A stretch of DNA of 34,727 nt from Promethearchaeota archaeon. GTDB taxonomy: Archaea > Asgardarchaeota > Lokiarchaeia > Sigyniarchaeales > SOKP01. The translations under genes were made by a program, and so were the position numbers. Below the pieces are notes generated by a model. The model had not been told where the DNA came from, ran no database searches, and saw nothing but the letters and a program-made list of their open reading frames with translations. Shown in pieces: positions 27,827 through 34,727 of the stretch (its first letter is position 1; every line of letters starts with the position of its first letter). The stretch spans positions 1 through 34,727 of the forward strand of contig JBHLME010000039.1 of the NCBI GenBank assembly GCA_048938445.1, given 5' to 3'.

Positions 27827-29884
27827 TTAATTCGTAGCTAATATCTTATTAATTTCTCTTTTTAAACCCGAATTTTGGGGATTTCTATTTAAGTCATTCA
27901 AAAAGTATACTAATTTATATAATTCAATTTTCTTAAGAAATTCCTTATCTATTGGTTTCTTATAATATTTTTCATAACCGTCATAAAAGGCTTTATTTAA
28001 TTCTGATAGTCTAAATATCCTTAAAGTTAAGTATTCAAAAGGTGCAAAATCCATAGCTCGCACGCCAACTCTCCAATTTTCGAAATTTAAGAATCCATTT
28101 ATTCTAATTGCTGAAGTTTCATCTTTAATAATGATATTCTGACCATGAAAATCGTTATGTAATGCGATTGATTCATACTCTTCTTCAATTAATGTATAAT
28201 TGTCCTTTATATATTCTTTAATTTCTTTATTGAGGTTTATTTTATTTTTTTTTGCTTCTGCTAAAATATATTCAAATTCCTTATCAAATATTTCAAACCA
28301 AGATTTTTTACTTGTTTCTTTTCCAATTTCCGTTACTTTCTCATAAAATGAATTAAATTTTATGCCATGAATTTTTGCTAACGTTTTTCCAGCATTTTTA
28401 AAAAAAATATTCAACTTTGGAATTTCTAATTCAAAGTTTTCCATTTTAAATCTTTTTTTATAATAATAAAAAGGTTTACCCGGAATATATTCTTGTATCG
28501 TGTAATTACATGGAAAGAATTGTTTTGACTCATCAAAATAAATTAAATTTGGAACAGGAATAATTGGATGTTTTTCAGCATCAAATATATAATTACCCTT
28601 AACCTTTGATATTATTTTTTTTATCTCATTTCTGAGTTCGGGGATTTCAGCGTGTAGTGTACCATCAAGAAAAGGATATAATAATTTTTCCCTACATATT
28701 TCAGTTTCATTACTGGATTTTAGATCATTAAAACGAAGAATTAAGTCTTGATCAAATTTTATCCGATAAATTGTACTAGTTTTCTGATTTCGATCATAAG
28801 GACCTTTAATCCGCCTTATAACACCCAAGTCTTTAATATCTTCTATTACTTGAAATTTTTCTTTCAATTCAAGGAAGTTAAATAATTCATTTCCAACGGG
28901 ATATAACTTATCGATATAATTTAGATTTAACAAATAATGAATAGTAACATCGATCCTATATAAAACAAATTTTTCTACTGGTTTCTGAAATTCCAGAGAA
29001 AAATTCATCGTATCATTATATGAAAGCTCTAAACTATCTTTATATAAGGAATAAAACGCATATTTAAGGCCTCTTTGCTGCTTCCCGAATTTAGTTTGAT
29101 TGTCATAAATTTTATCACGGAATTCATTAATAGCTTCTTGATATTGAGCAATTTTTAAAGGATCTTCTTCAACTGCTGCGAGATATAGCTTTTTGCATAC
29201 ATTTAACACATTACTAATGCTTGGAATAAGAGCGGAATACTTTCTCTTCTCTTTGGGTATTAATTGAAGAAATTGGGAAAATTGACGTTCTTTTCCACAA
29301 CAAACTGAAAAATTTTCACTTATATTTTGAATATATCCCTTATAATTCCCCAATTTTTCTGACGAATCCTTGATTCCAATAATATTTGGGTATTTAATTA
29401 ACTCGGTTAAAATATTTTGAGAAATATTATTACCTGCAAATAAAGTTGGATTATTGTATAATATAATTTTATTATCTACATTTATCGAGTCAAGGATATT
29501 AATAAAAAATGATTTCAAATCATCCTCAACTAATTTTTCAGTTAAAGGAGAGGGAAGTAGGAAATTTAAATTTTTAAATTTCTTTCCAAACATTTCAATT
29601 TCATCAATAATTCTATTAGAATTATTCTGGAAAATTCCGGATATAATTGGTTTTTTTTGAACATCATTTCCAAGAACAAAATTGATAAGTTTTGATTTTT
29701 CCTCTAATCTTTCTGAGAAACTATTTCCTTCACCAGTCGTACCAAATAATAGAATTGAATCAGCTCCATTTAAATATACATGTTTAAGTAGAATTGATGT
29801 CATATCAAGATTTATTTTAAAATTTTTGTCAAAAAAAGTAAGAGTCGGACAAATGATACCATTAATTGGGATATTTTGAATCAC
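27827..29884 (-). CDS. DHDPS/NAL-family lyase fused to APH/choline-kinase-like domain
   Basis: N-half GTTGEG, LYNNP, GIKDSS. C-half IPVPNL, IQEYIPG, LAKIH, LHNDFHGQNIII, LNFE, MDFA. Confidence 0.85.
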   Translation of the reverse strand: MIQNIPINGIICPTLTFFDKNFKINLDMTSILLKHVYLNGADSILLFGTTGEGNSFSERLEEKSKLINFVLGNDVQKKPIISGIFQNNSNRIIDEIEMFGKKFKNLNFLLPSPLTEKLVEDDLKSFFINILDSINVDNKIILYNNPTLFAGNNISQNILTELIKYPNIIGIKDSSEKLGNYKGYIQNISENFSVCCGKERQFSQFLQLIPKEKRKYSALIPSISNVLNVCKKLYLAAVEEDPLKIAQYQEAINEFRDKIYDNQTKFGKQQRGLKYAFYSLYKDSLELSYNDTMNFSLEFQKPVEKFVLYRIDVTIHYLLNLNYIDKLYPVGNELFNFLELKEKFQVIEDIKDLGVIRRIKGPYDRNQKTSTIYRIKFDQDLILRFNDLKSSNETEICREKLLYPFLDGTLHAEIPELRNEIKKIISKVKGNYIFDAEKHPIIPVPNLIYFDESKQFFPCNYTIQEYIPGKPFYYYKKRFKMENFELEIPKLNIFFKNAGKTLAKIHGIKFNSFYEKVTEIGKETSKKSWFEIFDKEFEYILAEAKKNKINLNKEIKEYIKDNYTLIEEEYESIALHNDFHGQNIIIKDETSAIRINGFLNFENWRVGVRAMDFAPFEYLTLRIFRLSELNKAFYDGYEKYYKKPIDKEFLKKIELYKLVYFLNDLNRNPQNSGLKREINKILATN

Positions 29885-30086
29885 TGTTTTTCACCACTTA
29901 TTCATGAATAAAATTAGTTGGAATAGAAAAGAAAAGCGTTGTGGTTGTCATAGAATAATTTGATTATAGAGAAATAATTATTAAAATTTATCATTAAAAA
30001 TACCAAATATTCTTATTAGTTATAAGAAAGTGAAATATAATATTTAAATGAAATTAGAATAATAATAAAAAAAAATAAATTATATT

Positions 30087-30854
30087 ATGAAAATGGAAGA
30101 TTCTAACTTCTTTTTCAATATTGATGAAATTAAAATTCCATTGGTTACAACAGGAACGAGTCCATTTATAGGAGCAGGACAGTTTGGTATCAATGGTCCC
30201 ATTTGGAGAAAAAAATTTTTAAACAATACTGAAGCAATGGTAGATATTTTAGAAGCAAGTTATAAAGCAGGAGCTCGTGGAATTGAAGCAATCCCTGTTG
30301 GAAAAATCATAGATTCTGCTCGCATCATGTCTGAAAGATATTCTGATTATGTCATAACAGGTTCAACATTACCATATGAACATTCTGGAATACACACTTT
30401 AATAAATGCGGATGCAAAAATGATATTTGTTCATGGGATGATTTCAGATGCGAAAGGAAGAGAATTAATAAAATTATTGGATATTATATCTGATCATGGC
30501 GTTATTCCGGGTATCGCCACGCACGATCCAATTCCTACAATACAACATGTAATTGAAAATGATTTAAATGTAAGGGCATTTCTAATTCCTTTTAATGCAG
30601 AAGGATATCTCATGGGAAATCAATTCAAGCTTGAGGAACTCGTTAACAGCACTAAAAATTATTCATTTATTGGAATGAAAGTTTTAGCTGCGGGTAAAAT
30701 TAGACCAGATAGAGCATTAAAGTATATATCTCAGCATAATATTGATGCTGTATCAATTGGAATTACAAATGTCCAAGAAGCAATGATAACCAATAAGATC
30801 GCATCGGAAATCTTAATTAAAAAGGATAAAAAAACATTTAAGAATCATGGTTAA
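30087..30854 (+). CDS. Aldo/keto-reductase-like TIM-barrel protein
   Basis: GTSPFIG, PGIATH, IPFNAEG, IGMKVLAAG, AVSIG. Confidence 0.65.
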   Translation: MKMEDSNFFFNIDEIKIPLVTTGTSPFIGAGQFGINGPIWRKKFLNNTEAMVDILEASYKAGARGIEAIPVGKIIDSARIMSERYSDYVITGSTLPYEHSGIHTLINADAKMIFVHGMISDAKGRELIKLLDIISDHGVIPGIATHDPIPTIQHVIENDLNVRAFLIPFNAEGYLMGNQFKLEELVNSTKNYSFIGMKVLAAGKIRPDRALKYISQHNIDAVSIGITNVQEAMITNKIASEILIKKDKKTFKNHG

Positions 30855-30910
30855 ATAATAAATATATTCATTCGGTATTTTGAATAGATTATAATAATAA
30901 TAATACTAAG

Positions 30911-31426
30911 GTGAAATTATTGGGTAAAAATGGAAGTGTAAGATACGTAGCTGTGCTTGGTGGTTTACTAGGAGTAGTTGCTATAATTATCGGGTTAATT
31001 CCATCTGACGCAAGTTGGTGGTATGTTCGAGAAACTTTTACAAATGCAAGTGCTATACTCAATGCTTTTGGATTCTTTACTCTTAACAATGGTAGTATTG
31101 TCTTTGCTGCGGACTATTTAATTTTAATAGCAGGTTTGTCCTTTCTAATTGGCTCTCTATTAATCATATTTAGTGCTAGCAAGAAGAAAAAAGCTATTGC
31201 CATTTTCTCTGGATTTTTAATGATTATTGGATTAGTTATTTTTTGTGTAGGTTTATATGCAAAAAATAATTGGGAATCTGTCAATGTTTTACTTTTCTGG
31301 TTAAATACTGAATCAAATGTGTTTTTCGGTGAAAGTTTCACTGTTAGATGGGGATTAGGTTTTAGTTTTTATTTAGCTATAGTAGGCGCAGCGATAGGTA
31401 CAATTGGAGCCCTAGTTATGAAATAA
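30911..31426 (+). CDS. Four-TM membrane protein
   Basis: Four hydrophobic segments, WWY after TM1, KKKK loop between TM2 and TM3, WGLGFSFYLA at TM4. Confidence 0.75.
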   Translation: MKLLGKNGSVRYVAVLGGLLGVVAIIIGLIPSDASWWYVRETFTNASAILNAFGFFTLNNGSIVFAADYLILIAGLSFLIGSLLIIFSASKKKKAIAIFSGFLMIIGLVIFCVGLYAKNNWESVNVLLFWLNTESNVFFGESFTVRWGLGFSFYLAIVGAAIGTIGALVMK

Positions 31427-31491
31427 AGAGAATTTTATCTCTTTTTTTTTCTTTTGAATAAAATAACAAAATTAAGAGTACAATTCGATAT

Positions 31492-33186
31492 TTATATTTT
31501 TTTTGATTCCTTAAACACTTCAAAAATTTCTTGTTCGAATTCAACCGTATCTTCTGGTAGAAGTGTAGGGTCTCCTAAGAGTTTTGATTTATAGTATATT
31601 TCTGAACCCCTTTCAACATATTCCAAAACCGTATAAGCGCCCTCTAAATGACTTCCACAACATAAGCTTCCATGATTAGGTAATAATAAAGCATTTTTTT
31701 TTTCTAAACTGTTTATTACATTTTCAGCAAGTTCAGGGCTTCCAGCTTCCCCATATTCTGCACAAATGATTTCTCCACCAACGTAAGGTACCAATTCTTC
31801 AATTATTGGAGGTAAAGTCATTTTATGAGTGCTTAAAATTGTGGAATAAATACCATGAGAATGGATAATGGCATTCACGTCATCCCTAGCTTTATATACT
31901 CCCAAATGTAAAAATTTCTCTACAGAAGGATTTCTTTCTCCTTCTATAACCTTTCCTTCCATATTAATAGTGAGAATATCTTCGGGTATCATATCAACAT
32001 ATTTAACATTACTTGGAGTTATAAGCACGAATTCCTCATCATCTTGTTTGACTCTCACGCTTATATTTCCTGCGGAACCAATAACATGGCCATCTTTCAA
32101 TAATTTTTTACATGTTTTTACAATTTCATTCTTTAATTCATTATTATCATCATTTTTTATTTTCATATGATCACCTCTTTTTACTTTAAAAACTTCAGGA
32201 TTAAGGATATTTTTTGGTATTTGACCATTTAACCATTCTTTTATATCTGTCAATAATAAATTAGATTGAATAACTACTACTTCTTCAGTATCACCACCTA
32301 TGTGAGGTGAAACGATAGCATTTTCTAATTCTAAAAACTCATTATCCTCATCTATAGGTTCCATTGGAAATACATCCAATGCGGCACCAGCAATTTGCTT
32401 CTCTTTTAATGCATCATACAGAGCATCATAATCAACGAGACTTCCTTTAGAAGTATTTATGAGAATTGCTGTTTTTTTCATCATTGCTAAACGATCTTTA
32501 TTTATAAGATTATCATTTTCATCTGTTGCTACTGTGTGAATTGTTATAATATCAGAATTTTTCATTAATTCATCAATATCCACTTTTTTACCATACTTCA
32601 CAATTGTTTCATTATTAACATAAGGATCATAAATTAATAAAGAAACTCCGAAAGCTTTTAACCGGTCTGCAACCCTACGACCAATCTGACCTAATCCAAT
32701 TATCCCTGCAGTCTTTCCGTTTAATTCAAAACCTTGAAATTGATTAATATAATTGATATAATCTTCAAAATCTATTAATTCAAAATCATCAGAATGTAAT
32801 ACTCTTTCTAGATTTTGAAGTTTTCTCGCTAACATTAGAATGTATGCTATGGTTAACTCTGCTACCGCAACTACATTTCTTAGAGGAGTTTTAGTTACAG
32901 GAATTCCCTTTTCAGTGGCAGCATTTAAATCAATATTAAATGGGTCTCCCCTACAAGATACAAGGAATTTTAAATTAGTTTTTTCGAATAACTCTTTTTT
33001 TTTTAAATCATCTGTTTCCGTTATAAAAATATCATAACCATCTAATTTTTCCGCAAGTACATTGATATCTAAATAAATAATGCCTGTTTCACGCCATGGC
33101 TCATAAGTAACATCCATTAAATTCTTTAATTCTTCCAAACACTCCTTGGTTATACTTGCTGTTATTAAAGCTTTCATTTTTTTCAC
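31492..33186 (-). CDS. D-2-hydroxyacid dehydrogenase (SerA2-like) fused to class II aldolase
   Basis: GIIGLGQIG, YDPY, INTSKG, LDVFPMEP, PHIGG, then SAGNISVR, ITPS, PSVE, HSH, NHG in one frame. Confidence 0.92.
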   Translation of the reverse strand: MKKMKALITASITKECLEELKNLMDVTYEPWRETGIIYLDINVLAEKLDGYDIFITETDDLKKKELFEKTNLKFLVSCRGDPFNIDLNAATEKGIPVTKTPLRNVVAVAELTIAYILMLARKLQNLERVLHSDDFELIDFEDYINYINQFQGFELNGKTAGIIGLGQIGRRVADRLKAFGVSLLIYDPYVNNETIVKYGKKVDIDELMKNSDIITIHTVATDENDNLINKDRLAMMKKTAILINTSKGSLVDYDALYDALKEKQIAGAALDVFPMEPIDEDNEFLELENAIVSPHIGGDTEEVVVIQSNLLLTDIKEWLNGQIPKNILNPEVFKVKRGDHMKIKNDDNNELKNEIVKTCKKLLKDGHVIGSAGNISVRVKQDDEEFVLITPSNVKYVDMIPEDILTINMEGKVIEGERNPSVEKFLHLGVYKARDDVNAIIHSHGIYSTILSTHKMTLPPIIEELVPYVGGEIICAEYGEAGSPELAENVINSLEKKNALLLPNHGSLCCGSHLEGAYTVLEYVERGSEIYYKSKLLGDPTLLPEDTVEFEQEIFEVFKESKKI

Positions 33187-33251
33187 ATTTAATGGTAATA
33201 AAAAAATTAATAAAAAAATTAAATATTTGATAAAAATTAATATTAGTTTAT

Positions 33252-33602
33252 TTAAAACATTAAACTTCTTAGTTTCATCAAATTCCTAATTTGTCCTTCT
33301 ACAACCTTAATCTTTCCTGCACTGTAAGCTTTAACAGCTCCCAGCTCTTTATTAAATAAGTCTAAAATCACTTGTTCAGATGTGAATTCTATTTTAACAG
33401 GTGCAGTATCATCTCCAGTATTATCTTTTATTTCAATTCCTTGGTCGTTGTTAACGTTAATAACAAATTTCCTTCCAGTGTCTAAAAAAGTAATTTCAAT
33501 AGGATCGTTATATTTAGCCAGTTTTTTCCTGACTTTTTCATCATTATTATATCTATCTTCGATTTCCTTGAGACATGATGGTATATCTTCAAAAGATGAC
33601 AT
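33252..33602 (-). CDS. SCP2 sterol/lipid-binding domain protein
   Basis: LFNKELGAVKAYSAGKIKVVEG..NLMKL, the SCP2 C-terminal signature. Confidence 0.82.
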   Translation of the reverse strand: MSSFEDIPSCLKEIEDRYNNDEKVRKKLAKYNDPIEITFLDTGRKFVINVNNDQGIEIKDNTGDDTAPVKIEFTSEQVILDLFNKELGAVKAYSAGKIKVVEGQIRNLMKLRSLMF

Positions 33603-33781
33603 TTTTCTTTATCTCCTAATTAATTTGTGTTAATCTTAAGTAAGAAATAGAATTGAATAAATTTAAATAAACCTTAGAAGATTTTCAAATTTGTTATAAT
33701 TATTTAGAATAAAATAACATTATTTAACATAAATAAGATTTATTTTAGTTTTCCATTAATGATTAAAAATAAGGTGATATA

Positions 33782-34579
33782 GTGGCTCTTAATGAAATCT
33801 TTTTTGAATTTTCCAATAAAGACAGATTTGATCTTTTTAAATGCTTATACAATGAGAAAAAAAGACATAGCGAGCTTGAAAAAGAATTAAAAATTCCAGG
33901 TCCTGAAATTTCAAGACATCTAAGTAGGTTATTAAAGAAAAAACTTATCAATAAAACTGGTGATAAGCTCTATGAAATGACTGAAATTGGGAGGATTTTT
34001 TATAGAGTCATGAATATTCTAAAAACCTCCTTGAAGTATGAAGAGTTCTTTAATTCACATGAGGTTAATTCAATACCTTTGAATTTTATTTTACAGTTAG
34101 GAACATTAAAATCTATTAAAGTTAATGATAAAACAATGCATAATATTGATATGTGGTCAAAAATCATTAAAGAATCTGATAAATTTATTTTTGCCATTAC
34201 AGATGAGTTCCAAGATTCCTTACTTCCAATCGTTGAGAAAAAATTAAACTACCAATCGATTGAAATACGTGCAATAATTGCTAAAAATGTGTTGAACTCA
34301 TCTTCACATGAATCCTTTAAAGATAGGCATAAATTTTATGAGAAAATGGATATTTTTCAAAATATTAGAGTTTTAGATGATATTAACGTTTCCTTAATAG
34401 TTTCTGATAAAGGAGCCATAATTTTTCTTGGTAAAGAAGGAAAAATTGATTATAGCGAATGTATCAATGGATCTGACATTACATTTCTGAATTGGAGTAA
34501 AGATTTGTTCAAATGGTATTGGAAAATTGGAGCGTCTTTAGATAATTTTATAAAAAAGAAATTTTATAATATTGGATAA
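33782..34579 (+). CDS. ArsR-like HTH transcriptional regulator with archaeal C-terminal domain (DUF1724-like)
   Basis: FSNKDRF..EISRHLSRL..YEMTEIG, FFNSHEVNSIP, W..DLFKWYW. AGGTGA upstream of the GTG start. Confidence 0.85.
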   Translation: MALNEIFFEFSNKDRFDLFKCLYNEKKRHSELEKELKIPGPEISRHLSRLLKKKLINKTGDKLYEMTEIGRIFYRVMNILKTSLKYEEFFNSHEVNSIPLNFILQLGTLKSIKVNDKTMHNIDMWSKIIKESDKFIFAITDEFQDSLLPIVEKKLNYQSIEIRAIIAKNVLNSSSHESFKDRHKFYEKMDIFQNIRVLDDINVSLIVSDKGAIIFLGKEGKIDYSECINGSDITFLNWSKDLFKWYWKIGASLDNFIKKKFYNIG

Positions 34580-34610
34580 AATTAAAGGTAAATAATATTA
34601 ATTAATATAG

Positions 34611-34727
34611 TCATAATTCATCAATTTTTGATTTTAAATTCTTCCAATCTGTATAAATTGAATCATATTGCTTAGAAATGGAGGGGTCAACATTAAATTT
34701 TTTTGACTCTATTAACTTTTCAATCAT
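34611..34727 (-). CDS. 3' end of a gene entering from the right, probably an FGGY-family sugar kinase
   Basis: Not in the ORF track. Reads ..MIEKLIESKKFNVDPSISKQYDSIYTDWKNLKSKIDEL*, similar to the F..P..Y...Y..W terminal helix of FGGY kinases. Only 38 aa are visible. Confidence 0.45.
   Translation of the reverse strand: MIEKLIESKKFNVDPSISKQYDSIYTDWKNLKSKIDEL

Noticed and set aside
33692-33736. Inverted repeats (TGTTAT/ATAACA; TTATTTA-aca-TAAATAA) in the divergent SCP2/regulator gap as an operator
   Set aside because: Position is plausible, but such palindromes are expected by chance in very AT-rich DNA.
834-34197. Short ORFs antisense to confident genes (e.g. 834-1043, 4408-4740, 13421-13663, 17981-18310, 23683-23997, 31868-32170)
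   Set aside because: They are nested opposite well-supported genes, have the Ser/Ile/Phe-rich composition of antisense shadows, and show no motifs.

Overview
AT-rich archaeal chromosome segment, almost certainly Lokiarchaeia (Asgard). The assignment rests on a eukaryote-like actin, two Rab-like GTPases, roadblock and longin-like proteins, an SDS22-type LRR protein, archaeal Hef and Rpo6, and an intron-containing tRNA. The window also holds housekeeping genes (purB, purM, nadC, dinB, tldD/pmbA) and a right-hand block of sugar-type catabolic genes. The best-supported unusual items are: (1) a tRNA-Val(CAC), missed by the ORF track, split by two non-canonical introns (28/29 and 44/45) whose splice sites can be read from bulge-helix motifs; (2) a roughly 330-nt multi-hairpin, possibly switch-like region between hef and the second GTPase; (3) a SerA2-like dehydrogenase fused to a class II aldolase, flanked by SCP2, a regulator and a probable FGGY kinase, resembling the uncharacterised mycobacterial serA2-fucA-xylB trio; (4) a DHDPS-family lyase fused to an APH-like kinase domain with an altered metal ligand; (5) two Rab-like GTPases with Gln-to-Glu switch II and C-terminal zinc ribbons. 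No CRISPR array, rRNA or mobile element was seen. All family calls come from motif recognition by eye, not database searches.
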